From positions 6,076,001 through 6,140,000 of the forward strand of contig JBHGNT010000022.1 in the NCBI GenBank assembly GCA_043228905.1: DNA of 64,000 nucleotides, in the 5' to 3' direction. Positions 1-13,420 of the stretch are shown here, one piece after another. The notes beneath the pieces are model-generated. The model was not told where the DNA came from. It was given only the letters and a program-made list of their open reading frames with translations, and searched no databases. Position 1 is the stretch's first letter; the number at the start of each line of letters is the position of its first letter. The position numbers and the translations under genes were made by a program. This stretch comes from Azolla caroliniana. Taxonomy: Eukaryota > Plantae > Polypodiophyta.

Positions 1-384
1 ATACACACAGAATACGTGTGGGAGAGACAAAGATAGAGAGAGAGAGTGCAGAACATCAACTCTATTCAAAATAACACTCTGAAAACTCTGTACATACAAC
101 GTGCTAAAACAACACTATTTATACAAGTCCATAAAGGACTGATAGAAGTATTGATAGGTACTTCAATATTCCTACGTGTGACTGACACTAACTACGAGAC
201 AATGATTGCCTAGTAGTCTAGGTTACTATTAGGCTTCTGGTTCCCGCTCGAATCTGGCTCTCCGATCAGTCTCCCCAATCCGACCGATTGTTTCCGGATA
301 CCAATCCGGCTCATCCTTCTAGATGTCGATCCGGCTCAGGCTTCTTTAGCCGATCCGGATCCGGTTGAGCTTGCTCACTCAACA
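1..384 (-). repeat. 3' LTR of copia element 1 (partial)
   Basis: Matches the right part of 5386-5856 and abuts the PPT. Confidence 0.95.
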
Positions 385-3300
385 ATCCCCCTCAAGCTCA
401 ACTTGAGGTCGGATCGTGGTGTTAGTGTCCGTGGCAGCCGGTTCTTCTACACAGCTCCTTTTGGCGTTGCTCTGCCTTGCTCGCGCTCCCCGTCTGGTCC
501 AATTGTGTTTGCCGCGACCCTTCTGGTTCTGGGCACCTCGACCTCCTTGGTTGGCTTGTTTGCTCCATAGGCCCATTTCAGCTCCCTTGTTGCTGCGAAT
601 ATGGCGCTTGTCGACCCATCGGTTCCTTCGTGTTGGCGTCGACTTCCGCTGCGTTCGTGTCCATTTGGCCTTTAGTTGATCCGGCTTCTCCGAATTTTGA
701 ACCCAATCCATTTCCTTCGATTCGTTCCAGATCTTGTCTGAGTTGGTGTTCTCCAACTCGTCTTTCGATTTCAGGCCCTTCACCATATCAAACCATGTCT
801 AGGTCTTGGCCTTCTCCTTCTGGTCGGCTCTATCCTTCTTGACTCTGCAGCCGCTGCCGCTCGTTCCGACTTCTTCGGACGTGCCGACTTCTTTCGTCGA
901 CTCGGCTTCCTTTTTCCTTTTGTCTCCCCCTTTGTTGGTTCTTTCTTCCTCTTCGGCTCCTTGTCTGGTGCCATCCGTTCCCTTTCCTTTTCTCCCCCTC
1001 AAGTGCGGCACATCGAGATGCTGAATACCGAGCATCTCTGAAAAATGTTGCAACTTGTCTGATCCTAGCGGCTTGGTGAAGATGTCGGCAACCTACCGAT
1101 CCGTGTGAACATTCCGAAGTTCAACTTCACCGCTCAGAACCCGCTCGTGAAAAAAGTGATAATGTACTTCTATATGCTTTGTCCAAGCATGGAATGCCGG
1201 GTTCTTGGCGAGCTGAATGTTGCTCATGTTGTCACAATAGATCAGGATCGGGGTCGGTACCTCGATCCTGAGGTCACGCAACAGTCGCCGAAGCCAAATG
1301 GCTTCGCCGGTGGCATTGGTAGCGCCTCGGTACTCAGCCTCAGTGCTCGACAGAGCCACTGTTGGCTGCTTTTTGCTGCTCCATGCAACAGCCGTGCTAC
1401 CTAGAGAAAACATGTAACCAGAGGTGGATCGACGATCCAATGGATCACTGGCCCAATCAACATCTCTATATCCGACTAGCTCTTCGGTTAGACAATGCCA
1501 GTATAACAGTCCCTGGTCGTTCATGCCGCTCACATACCACAATATTCAATGTGCGCACTAAAGGTGCTCCACGGTTGGCTTATGCATGAATTGGCTGATC
1601 ACACCAACCGGATAACTGATGTCAGGTCGGTTGATTGTCAAGTAAACTAGGCTTCCGAAAATTTGTCGGAACCATTTCTCATCGCATGCCGGTCCGGAGT
1701 TGGGACTGAGCTTCTGGTTCCGATCTAGGGGTGAGGAGATAGGTCAGCATTCTGGCATGCCGGACTTGTACAATATGTTCAACACATAGTGTTGTTGTGA
1801 GAGAAATATGCCGTCGGGGGTTCGGATTACCTCGATCCCAAGAAAATAATGAAGGTCCCCCACGTCCTTCATTTCAAATGCGTCCTACAGTTGGGACTTT
1901 ACTCGGCCGATTTCATTGAGTCCGGGTCTGGTGATGACTAAATTATCAACATAGAGTAGGATGCAAATAGAACCGTCTGTACCTTGCCGGATGAACAACG
2001 AGGAGTCAGATTTAGAGGTCACAAACCCTATCGTACGCAACCGGTGCGTGATCTTTGTATTCCAAGCTCGTGGGGCTTGTTTCAGTCTGTAAAGCGACTT
2101 CTTAAGTCGGCATACCGCCGACTTGTTCATCTCCAACTGAATTCTGAGGGTTTGGATCATTAAGACCTCTTCTTGAAGGTCCCCTTGAAGAAACGCATTG
2201 TTCACATCCATCTAGTGAAGATGCCACCCCCTTGCCGTGACAACCGCCAGTACCACACGAACCGTCATCGTCTTCGCTACCGGAGCGAAGGTCTCGTTGT
2301 AGTCGATTCCGTGGGTTTGAGTGTATCCCTTCGCCACTAACCGGGCCTTGTACTGTCTAACCGAACCATCGGCATTGTATTTTACCTTGTACACCCATTT
2401 GCAACCAATCGTTTTACAGTGTCGAGGAGGGTCAACCAGGTCCCATGTGTCGTTGGCATCGAGTGCCCGCATTTCTTCTTCCACAGTGGCATGCCATTTG
2501 CATCCTTTGCCGCTTCTGCGTAGCTCTCTGGCTCACGCACTTCCACCACTTTCGTCATGTACGCATAGTGATGAACCATGTACTCATTCTACCCGTACCG
2601 CAAAACGGGGTTCTTCAAGTGGGAAGACCGGCGTAACTTGTCATCACCTAGTTTGGGGCCCATCTTGGTGGTTTCGGACTTCGTTCCCGAAGATCCACCT
2701 TCATCCTTTCCGGTGTCAGATTCGCTCCGATCCGACTCAACGTTGCCAGTTTCGTATTCCGGCATCTTCTTCTTCCCCTTCTCTTTGCACGTGAACCGTC
2801 TCCTCGGTTCCTTGCACAGGGAGAGCACGACAAAGTCTCCACTACTCGTCAGTTCTTCATCCGACTGGTCATCTCGACTCAATCGCTCATTTGGTTCACT
2901 GAGCCGGCATGAGATCAGACTCTCTTCTAGAGTGCTGAAGTCTTCATCTTCTACTTGGACCTCCTCGGGTTCACTAGCCTCATCTTCCGGAATCGAGTCT
3001 TCGTCGGGAGTTGGAGTCGGTAAGGAGTACCATGATGTCGTCTCATCAAACTCGACATCTCGGCTTACTCAGACCTGCTTAGTCTGGGGGTTATAGCACT
3101 TATACCCCTTTTGCTCATGAGAGTAACCGACTAGGATGCCCTTCTCCAACTTCGGATCCAGCTTCTTCCGCTTCTCATCCGGTACATGCACATATGCTAT
3201 GCTACCGAATATCCGAAGGAGTCTCAAATTCGCTTTCCGCCAGAAATACAGCTCATGTGCTGACACCTTGTCACCGATCTGGTTTTGGATGTAAACGGTC

Positions 3301-5385
3301 GTCCGGACCACCTCAGCTCATTACAAATGGGGCATGCTCTTCTCCTCTAGCATTGCCCTTGCCGCGTCGACAATCGACCGGTTCTTCCTTTCGGCCACAC
3401 CGTTTTGCTCCGGCGTGTATTTGCAGTTGAATTCTCTCCGAATTCCGTTCTGTTGCAGATAACTATTCAATTGGCCGGAAAAGTATTCTTTTCCGCCATC
3501 CGACCGCAAGCACTTGACCTTCCTCTCCATTTCCTGTTCAACTAAGCTTTGCAAGTTCCGAAAACATTCGAAGACTTCACTCTTCCATTCGATGAGGTAG
3601 ATCCACGTGTGCCGGCTATAGTCGTCGATGAAGGAAACGAAGTATCGACTCCCGCCAAGACTAACGTTTTGTGCTAGTCCCCATACATCTGAATGGATTA
3701 GGTCGAGCTTGTTATGGCTCCAGTTTCATTTGGTGGGGAATGGAAGCCGGTGTTGTTTCCCGAGTTGGCAGGCTTCACAAATTTCGGCCTTCTGGCCACT
3801 GAATTTCGGCAATATGAACACAACTTGTTTCGACTGCAGGTCTTGGAGCCTCCGGTAATTGATGTGGCCAATCCGCTTGTGCCAGAGATCAATGTCTAAT
3901 TCAATCTTCTGTCCTTTGGCAAACATGGTGGTGCCGACGTCATTAGTGTTGAGGATGAACATCCTCCCTTCTCTGCGCCCTTGCGCAATTATCCGGCCTT
4001 CTTCCTTGATGAAGCACCCTAGGTGCGTAAACTGCACCTGCATCCCCTATTCGATGATTTTTCCAACTGACACTAGGTTCTTTGTGATAGTCTAAATGTG
4101 TAGTATGTTCATCAGCTTCCCTTTTTGTCTGACATGGATTAAAGAGACTTCTCCGACATGCACAATCGGCTGAGGGGTGTTGTCTCCAGTTTCGACAATC
4201 CCCGATTGTTCCGGCTTCTCCAAAATGGAGAACCACTCTTCATGGCTCGTGATGTGGTTGGATGCTCTAGAATCAACGTACCATACTTCCTCCGATTTGG
4301 AAGTAGTCTTCTTCATCGAGTTAGCCTTGTGCTTCATCACAAAGGCTGGCTCTTTACCGTTTTTCCCAGTTCCGGATCCTTCTGATCCTTCCGCATAATG
4401 CGAGCTTTCCCGGTTCTCCCAATTGGTTTTGCCAGATCCGGATTTATCCGAATTGGCACACTTCTTCCAGCACTCGCTTTCCCTATGGCCCTTTTTGCCA
4501 CAATACCAACATTCCCTGTCGGCTTTTCCTTGCCGGTTCCCGGTGCCGCTTTGACTCCCCCTACTTGTGGAGGGGCCAGAACGGTTGTCGGCACCACCTC
4601 TGTACCTCCGGTTTTGCTCTTGTCGGCCGCCTCCATTGCGTGCCAAACCACCTCGTCCACCACGTTCATGGGGCCGATCTGTCTCTGTGTACAACATCTA
4701 GTTGTCTGATTGAGTGGTCCTTGACCCACTCGCGTGGTTTTCTTGGACCATCAACATCTATTGCAAGTCGAAGAAAGACGGTGGTTTCTCCCGGGTGCAG
4801 ATTGTTGTCCGGATTGGTCATACCATTGCATAGACCACCGAGGCAGATTTGTACCATCTCTTCTTCGTCCACCGTCACGTTGATGGACCCGAGTGCATCT
4901 CCTTTATCTTGGTGGTGTAGTTCGTAACCGACATGTCTCTTTGCCAGATGTTGTTCAGCTCTTGCCAGAGCTGCAACTTACGGGCTATGGTACTCGCGGC
5001 GAAAATCTTCCTCAGATTTCCCCAGGCCTCCTTCGGCGTCTTTGCATCCTTGATGTAGCCGAGCATCTGATCGTGCACACAGGACGCGAAGCAGTCCAAT
5101 ACTCGATTCTCTCCTGGCTCCCATACCGGGAAGTAATTTTGTGCCGGCTCCGGTGCTACCTCATTCGTTCATTCCACGAAGCTCCAATATCCATGCCCCA
5201 ACAGGTACAGGTCCATCTTGTATGACCAAGACGCGTAGTTGCTCTGGTCGAGCTTCTCTGTTGGAAGTGAACTCGCCATTCCTCTGTCCATATCTTCTCT
5301 ATATCTGTTGTTACCGGGTTCTAGGGTTCATCTACGAAAGCAAGTGTCGGTTGCAGAGGTTCTCAACCCTCGCGCTCTGATACCA

Positions 5386-5856
5386 TGTGAATGTAAACAT
5401 GCGGAAGTGTTAGACAGAACCGGCTCTGCCGGATAGCAACAAAGAATAAGATGAAGGTTTAATGGAGAAGCTTAATACACAGAGAATACGCGTGTGAGAG
5501 TCAGAGATAGAGAGAGAAAGCAGAACATCAATTCTATTCAAAATAATACACTGAAATCTCTATACATACAACGTGCTAAAACAACACTATTTATACAAGT
5601 CCATAAAGGACTAATAGAAGTATTGATAGGTACTTCAATATTCCTACATGTGAATGACACTAACTACGAGACAATGATTACCTAGTAGTCTAGGTTACTA
5701 CTAGGCTTCCGGTTCCCGCTCGAATCCGGCTCTCCAATCCATCTCCCCGATCCGACTGGTTGTTTCCGGATACCAATCTGGCTCATCCTTCCGGATGCCA
5801 ATCCGGCTCAGGCTTCTTCAGCCGATCCGGATCCAGTTGAGCTTGCTCGCTCAACA
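5386..5856 (-). repeat. 5' LTR of copia element 1 (471 bp)
   Basis: TG...CA termini, adjacent to the PBS, and nearly identical to 1-384. Confidence 0.95.
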
Positions 5857-6269
5857 GATTGATACATCCCAGGATGACAAGGAAGAATCCTCATTGTATA
5901 TTAGTTATAGTAGTGATTCTCCGTAAAGGAGTGATTATGAATGTATTTTTGGCTATTACGTGTAACTACCTTCCGCTTGTAACAAATTGAGTAATATAAA
6001 AGCATGTGTTTTGAATTCATTTGATTCCTATGAATATCGCTTCTTATAAAAAACATTGGTTGTAAAGTTTGTGAAATCAATTAAACCCTAAACATTTTCC
6101 AATTCCTCTTTTTTTTTTTTTTTAAATCACAAAAATGGTGGATTTTGAACATTTTTCATAGTATATTTGAGAATGTATGATACTGGTATCAATGTGTTTT
6201 GTAATATCACTGAAAAAGTACTAAAATCAAATAGAATATTCCTTATCCTTCCATTTATGCGCGACCCTT

Positions 6270-8073
6270 CCACTTGTGAACGCGAACATGTTTGTAGACT
6301 ATTTGAATAATCTGGCCAAGCATATTAGGTATGAGGACAAGAAGGTAATACTTAATGGAATATTAAATGATCCATTGATAAAGATATAGTTGATTTTGAG
6401 GGTCTCAATGGAAATGTAACAAATGTACTAGTAAATAATCTCCAGAATAGTTTAGTCAACATGAGCAAGTTAAAAGATTATCTTGTCTTAAAAAGGTCTA
6501 GTCTAATGATGTTACTTAATAGTGATGTTGACAATCTTAAAATCAATATGCTATCTAAGGTAATTGGTGCTAGTAGAAAAACTACGTACAATACAATGAA
6601 CCGGTTAATTTGAGATGGTGAAGGAAGTAGTATGTTAAAGCTAACCACAGGATGTAAGACAATGACACCCATAACATCAGAAATCAAGGATATAATCACC
6701 ATATTTTGGACTAATGAGAGTAGGGTTTCACCCAAAGAGAAGGATTTGTGCAGGACATGTTTTAGAAGGAATCATTATGAGGAGCATCCCATTCATCTTC
6801 TTGATGTACCTTAGGTATCTACATTTATCTAACTCTACATTTTATCTAAGTCTTGTACCTTACTATTAGAAGTTCTTAATTTCTTATTAGCCACAAATAT
6901 TTAATTCTCTTCTAATTATGAAGCTTATAGTCACAAGTAAGTAGCACTTTAGTATAACACCTATTCCGCACATTACAATAACTATATTATTAACTACAAC
7001 AATTAGTGGTCAAAGCTAATTAGCTACACATAGTGGTGAAAGCTCATTAGCATTTGGTAGTTTTCATAGCTAATTAGCTACACCAACTAATGGCCTTAGC
7101 TAAATCGCAAGATCAGCTAAAGTATTTAGCTAATTAGTGATATCACCTGATGACCTTAGCTAAATATAGAGATCAGATAATGGCCTTAGCTAAATATCGA
7201 GATCAGCTAGTGGCCTTAGCTAAATAGTGATATCAGCTAGTGGCCTTAGCTAATAAGCAATATTAGCTACTGGCCATAGCTTTTTAGCGATATCAACTAC
7301 ATTCCTTAACTAATAAGCGATATAGGCTAGTGGCCTTAGCGTTTTAGCGATATACGCTAGTGGCCATAGCTTTTTAGCGATATCAGCTAGTGGCATTAAC
7401 AAATTAGCGATATCACCTAGTGATCTTAGCTAAAAAGTGATGTCATCTAGTGGCCTTATCTTTTTAGCAATATCAACTAATTAGCTACATCCGCTATTAG
7501 CCAAAGTTAGTTATCTATGTCAGTTAAAGGCTTCCTTCTTTTTACGCAAGTTGATTTATTTAATAGTTTCAAGCGAGTGCATCGAACAATAAAAGTTCAA
7601 CTATGAACATTCAAGTCTCTTAAACCATTCTTTGTGAGACACTTGAAGGATCAGTTCACTTCTTGTTGCATTTACCATGTACAAATAGGTTTTCTCAAGG
7701 ATTCAAGTAATCTACTACACCACCATAGCTCCTCACTACAAGATGTGGTATGCATGTGTGACTGCCCAATTTGTCAATCTACCCAAACATAACATTGTAA
7801 GTCATCAGAGCATGTATGCGTATCAAGGAGTGGTCTTTTAGATTCAGTATTGTGCCCGGAGAGGATTTGAGGCTATCTTCCACAATTATAAATGTGTCAT
7901 GGGTATATGTCAAGATTATGGACCTAATAGATTTAGCTAGTGTCCAAAAGAGTTCCATACTGAAATATTAATCCATGTTAAGTTATTTGAGACTATGGAC
8001 AGAGATTTCGAAGGGAAGGTGTGTAAAAGAAAGGGGATTTGGTGTCTCCTTTTTTAGTATCTCTAGGGAAGTT
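6270..8073 (+). pseudogene. Sola2-like DDD transposase, family F1 copy A, 5' part (exon 1, repeat-filled intron, start of exon 2)
   Basis: Encodes FWTNESRVSPKEKDLCR...HPIHLLDVP, homologous to FWAKNTRVSPNKKDGCR of the 54517-58531 transposase. GT donor at 6815 and Cys-rich segment after about 7550. Colinear with 40360-42730. Interrupted by copia 2. Confidence 0.8.
7010..7500. repeat. Intronic tandem repeat, ~30-bp unit TAGCGATATCAGCTAGTGGCCTTAGCT
   Basis: Repeated units visible directly. The same array is at 41690-42135. Confidence 0.9.
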
Positions 8074-8590
8074 TGTTGAGCGGCAAGCTCAACTAGAGCC
8101 GGATCGGCTGAATAAGCCTGAGCCGGCAAGCGAGACAGATCAGTAAGCTGTGAGCAACCGAGCCGGCAAGCAACAAAGCCGGTGAGCTGGCGAGCCGGTT
8201 TGCCGGATCCAATCAGTAACCGGAAGCCTAGTACTAGTGTAGACTACTAGGCAATTATAGTCTCGTAGTAAGTGTCAGATGCTCGTGTGAGCATTGAAGT
8301 ACGCAATACTTCTGTCAGTCCCACGAGGACTTGTATAAATAATGCTACTGAGCATAGTTGTAAGGACAGAGGCATATATCGTTTTTGAATATAGCTTTTA
8401 CGTTCTGCTCTCTTTGTCTCTCCCGCGTACTCTGAGTATTCCCTACCTTCTCTATTTTCTAACGCTTCTAACGCTTCCGCAAGTAATCGTTTACATGGTA
8501 TCAGAGCGAGAGGGTTGAGAACCTCCTCTACAACCGACAAACACTTGACAACAAACCCTAACAAGTCGTAAAACAACAAACAAAGAAGTG

Positions 8591-10188
8591 ATGGATAGAG
8601 GGATGGCTAGCTCGCTCCCTGTGGAGAAACTCGACAGATCCAACTATGCATCTTGGTCGTATAAGATGCACCAATCCCTTCTTGGGCATGGCTATTGGAG
8701 TTTTGTCGAAGGAGCCAACGAAACAACACCTGATGCTGTACATAAGGACTTCCCAGTGTGGGAACAATCGGCAAGCAGAGTGACGTACTGCTTCGCGTCC
8801 AGTGTCGGAGACCAACTACTAAGCCACATCCGAGATGCCAAGATGCCGAAGGAGGCTTGGGGGAACCTGAAGAAGGTGTTCGCCGCGAGCACGACAACCC
8901 GGAAGCTGCAACTCCGACAAGAGTTGAGCAATGTCCGACAGAAGGACATGTCGGTGGCGGATTACACAGCCCAGATCAAAGAGATCTGTGACTCGCTTGC
9001 CTCTATCAACGTTACCATAGAGGAAGACGAGATGGTACAAGTCTGTCTTGGGGGCTTGGCGTCGAAGTTCAGAGCGTTCCAAACGGCGGTGTGTACAAGG
9101 GAGAATACGCCGTCATTTTTCGACTTACAGTCGATGCTCCTTGTAGAGGAGAACCACGCCGGTCCGTCAACTAGCGCACCCACTGACAGCCGGATGCTGT
9201 ACACGGAGGCGGATCGGTCCCGTGGGCGTGGTGGACGAGGCAGGTCGGCACGCAATGGAGGCGGCTGGCAAGAGCAAGAACGAAGGCACAGAGAACGTGC
9301 CGACAGTAGTTCCGCGACTTCCACAGGCAGGGGGAGTCATGGCGACACCGGAAGACGGCAAGAGAAGTCTGCAACGGAATGTTGGTATTGTGGCAAAAAG
9401 GGCCATAAAGAAAGCGAGTGCTGGAGAAAACGTGCCGATACAGACAAATCCGGATCCGGCAAGGCCGGCAAGGATGGCCGGCAAAACTCGCACTACGTGA
9501 AGGGATCGGGAGGATCCAAGAACGAGGCGAACTCGATGAAGAAGACCACTTCCAAATCGGAGGAAGTCTGGTATGTTGACTCCGGTGCGTTGAACCAAAT
9601 GACGAGCCACAAAGAGTGGTTCTCCTTTTTGGAAAAACCGGATCAACCAGGAGTAGTCGAAACCGAAGACGACACTCCTCACCCAATCGTGCATGTCGGA
9701 GAAGTGCCTTTCAGCCACGTTGGACAGAAGGGGAAGCTGATGAACGTATTACACATTTCGACAATCCCGAAGAACCTGGTGTCGGTAGGACAGATCGTCA
9801 ATCAGGGGATGCAGGTGCGGTTTACGCACCTTGGGTGCTTCATCGAGGAAGAGGGCCAGATTATTTTACAAGGGCGCAGAGACGGGAGGATGTTTATCCT
9901 CGACACCAATGACGTTGGCACCGCTCTGTTTCCAAAAGGACAAAAGGTCGAATCAGACATCGACTTGTGGCACAAGCGGATAGGCCATGTCAATTATCGG
10001 AGGCTTCAAGACTTGCAAACGAAACAAGTTGTTTTCGGTTTGCCGAAGTTCAACGTCCGGAAGGCCCAAGTATGTGAAGCCTGCCAACTCAGGAAACAAC
10101 ACCGGTTTCCATTCCCTACCGAACGTAACCGGAGCCGTAACAAGCTCGACCTAATCCATTCGGATGTGTGGGGATTGGCACAAAATGT
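8591..10188 (+). pseudogene. Copia gag-protease-GAG-pre-integrase polyprotein, truncated by deletion
   Basis: Motifs EKLDRSNYASW, zinc knuckle CWYCGKKGHKESEC, WYVDSGA, LWHKRIGH...CEACQ, LIHSDVWG. The sequence then jumps to the linker before RT. Confidence 0.9.
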
Positions 10189-13100
10189 ATGGAGAGTTAC
10201 ATCGGTCCACCCGCCAGAAGGTGTTACCCCATACGAGATGTATGGAGAGTCAAGTGTGATGAGCGAGGGTCGAATGTTATCATGATGTTGTGTATGTGTA
10301 GGGGGCATGAATGTAGTTGTGAGTCTATACGTATGTGAACACATGCACACGTGTGTGCACGTGGATGGATACGAGGAGGTGTGAGTGAGTGTCCAGTATG
10401 AATGCTCGAGGGGGCTTACACCCCTATGTATCTACCCCCTATTGTACTATTTAACCCCTTATGGGGAATGAATGAAATATGAATAACCATTTCTCTCTCT
10501 CAATCTCTCTCTTGTCATCTCTCTCTTCTATCTCCCCTTACATTGAACCCCCTTAGGAGGGGGGTGGAGCCATTCTAGGCACCACCCCCCACCCTGCAAT
10601 GCTTCTCTATATGATCTCTCTCACCATCATACTCTCCATCACCATGTCTATCTTCATTACCAATCATCATAGTTATCATTTATCATCATCATCGTCCTTA
10701 ACCCTAACCCTAAAACCTATAACACCTTTTGGCGACAACTAAGGCGACCCCCCTTTGGAGACGGAGTCGAAGAATAATACGCAACGAACAATGATGCAAC
10801 CCTCATCAGCGTGAGAAGTCGAATCGACGATGTGCGAGAACTGGTGGAAATATGAGAAAGAACAATGGCGTGATGACTATTCGCTGCAGAAGTATGCAAG
10901 AAAAGCGACAAATGATGGCAATGATGTGCAGAAGAAGTCGGAAATGGAAGATTGACTGATGCACAATTCTACAACGAATTAATCTCTATATGGGTATGTT
11001 TTGTTTGGTCTGTTTTTGTCCTAAATGTCCGAGACATGTTGCCAAAGATGTACAAAAACGATGACAATGCATGAGAGGAAGTCGCGAAATGATGGCGTTA
11101 CGTGAGTGTGCGAGAATAGAAATGACAATGTGCAAATGTGCGGTTAGCAATGACGTGTGTGTGCAAGAAAGCGTGTTGCAAGAGACAACCATGATGGCCA
11201 AGACAACTGACAACAGGATGGAGATGCCAAAAAGATGCTGCCGGACAAGAAATCATAATAACTAGAATGGACGAACATGCCGGACAAGGCGACGGATGAC
11301 GGCCAGAATAGCAACGGTGTTCGGAAGGTTGCAGAGGCAAACGAAAAGACACAACAAAACCAACTGCTGGAAAACGAACTGGAACGAGCCAGGATAAGAC
11401 GGTTCGATGGCTAGAAAAGCGACATCGACAAAGGAAACGACCGGAGACGAGCAGAGATGGCGTCCGCCATATAGCCGGCTAGACGGGCCGAACAATCGGA
11501 ACGGTGACGGAGCCGAGACGACGATCAAATGACGGTAGCCACATACCAACGACTAAAGTGGTGGCGGACCAGGAACGGCCAGGTCGGACAGAGACAGCCG
11601 AATGTGTCGGACGACGGAGATAGCCGAACCGACGACTGGACATCAGCGGAAGAGTAATCGGAGAAGCGGCCAGACGAGCCAGATGGACGGCAGCCGACGG
11701 CCGGAAGGAACGATGGCAGCCGGAAACCCAAAACAAACAGCGAGAGTTGCCGAAACGATGGGCTGGATGGCATCGGAGATAGAGATGGAGAAACGGGCAA
11801 TGAAGAGAGAACCAGACCATAGCCATGGAAATACACATGACAGATGAATAGGCACTAGACAACGCCGGACACAGACGACAACGGAGAAGAAGATGAAAAC
11901 ACACAGAGACGGTGACCGAGATAGCCAGACGCAAAAAAGGAACGGCCGGAATACTCGGACACAGAGATGGGAACATCGGCGGCCAAACAACGGCTACGAT
12001 TAAGATGGCCTTCACAACAGCCAGAGCGGCAGCGGCCAAGCAGAAGCAGTCGGATAAATGACGATCGGACGAACAGAAATGTCTCGGAATGGCGGGAAAC
12101 TAGCTGGAATACCCGGACATTGGCTCGAGTGGTCGTGGCGGCCAGATAGTGGATGGAGGGTCGGACAAGGCCTGGGAAACAGTCAAGAAGACTACGGGCA
12201 GATAGCGACCAAGAAGACCGACGATGGAATGACGCCAACGGAGCTAGAGACGGCAACCAAAGATGACAACCGATGGATGCCCGGAAAGTCGAATGGCTAG
12301 CCGAACAGATGGCCAAACGATAGGAGTGATGAACAATAGCGGCCGACACAGAAAGATAGAAATGAAAATTGGCAAAGAAAGACGGCTAAATAGAGGCTGG
12401 ATAACGACCATATAGAGAACCTCCGATTGAGAAAGAGGAAAACGACCACCATCCGGACATGGCCGTTAATTATGGTAGCCGCATGGACGACGACTAAACA
12501 AATATGCAGAAGTAGACGGATAGAGAACCGACTCAAAGCGACAGAGAAGGTGAAGGAATAGTTGAGATGAGGAAAATGGAACAGAAGAAGCAGAAAGTGG
12601 AGGAAGAGGAAGTTAAAAGCTGAGGCAAACGGCTAAGAAGGAACAACAAGAATGAGAGAGCATAAGAAGAAACAGAACTAGGAGAGAAAGAGAAGAAACG
12701 CAGACAGAAAATAGTAAAAAGAGGGCAAAATGAAGATAAGGGCATCTGAAGAATTTGTCAAAATGTGATGGCATTGTCAAAATGTTAATAATCTAAGGGC
12801 ATAACAAGCAAATCTCATAAATACAAGGGTACAAAAAAAAATTTAAAAAAATTTGAAGGGCACCTACGAAATTTCGAAAACTCATCCACCTAAAGAAATG
12901 GACGTGATCGACCACACACAACTCAAAACAAAGGAAGAACATACATACACACAACATGATTTTGGACCCATGACGAAATTCGTAAGCCGATAGAATGAAA
13001 ATGTTCGTGTCGTGGAAGATTTGCTGACCGACAAAGATGTTCGAGTCAAGCACTTTGATCGAGGGAGTCGATCATTGAAAGGACCGATGGAAGTTCCGGT

Positions 13101-13420
13101 CAAAGAAATATCATCATCAAGGCATGTGGGATCGACGTGCAAGGCACTTTCCCACGGGCGTGCAATATTGTGTTACCCCATACGAGATGTATGGAGAGTC
13201 AAGTGTGATGAGCGAGGGTCGAATGTTATCATGATGTTGTGTATGTGTAGGGGGCACGGATGCAGTTTTGGATGTCGTCGCCGGCCATGAAGTCTACAGT
13301 TTCTTAGACGGATTCAGTGGGTATAATCAGAGAAAACGCCTGGCGGTACAGAGCCGACACTTCTATTTATTACAGGACACGCTATACCACAAAGGTGCGG
13401 ACGGTATCTAGCGACGAGCG

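Larger units (their letters stand above)
1..5856 (-). mobile_element. Ty1/copia LTR retrotransposon, degenerate (3' LTR cut by the window start)
   Basis: Direct repeats at 1-384 and 5386-5856. tRNA-iMet PBS (rc TGGTATCAGAGC) at 5374-5385 and PPT at 385-399. Minus-strand fragments in order: gag (CWYCGKKGHRESEC), protease (WYVDS), integrase (CLRSDGGKEY, NGVAERKNR), RT (YKARLVAKGY, MDVNNAFLQG, LYVDNL), RNase H (YCDNMS, KHIEVHYHF). Many stops and frameshifts. Confidence 0.97.

Noticed and set aside
416-5436. Plus-strand ORFs over copia 1
   Set aside because: Antisense shadows of the GC-rich retrotransposon coding strand.
10186-10221. Start of the nested LTR at TGTATGGAGAG
   Set aside because: This segment aligns with the copia integrase-RT linker (ELHRSTRQK) after a deletion. 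The TSD and TGTTA...TAACA ends place the insertion start at 10222.
10698-10720. Telomere-like ACCCTAACCCTAAAACC (also about 59070-59135)
   Set aside because: Only 2-3 imperfect units. At most a telo-box within TE sequence, not an interstitial telomere.
10730-13140. Many overlapping ORFs in the interior of element X
   Set aside because: Purine-rich low-complexity sequence with no gag or pol motifs. Treated as the non-coding interior of a non-autonomous element.
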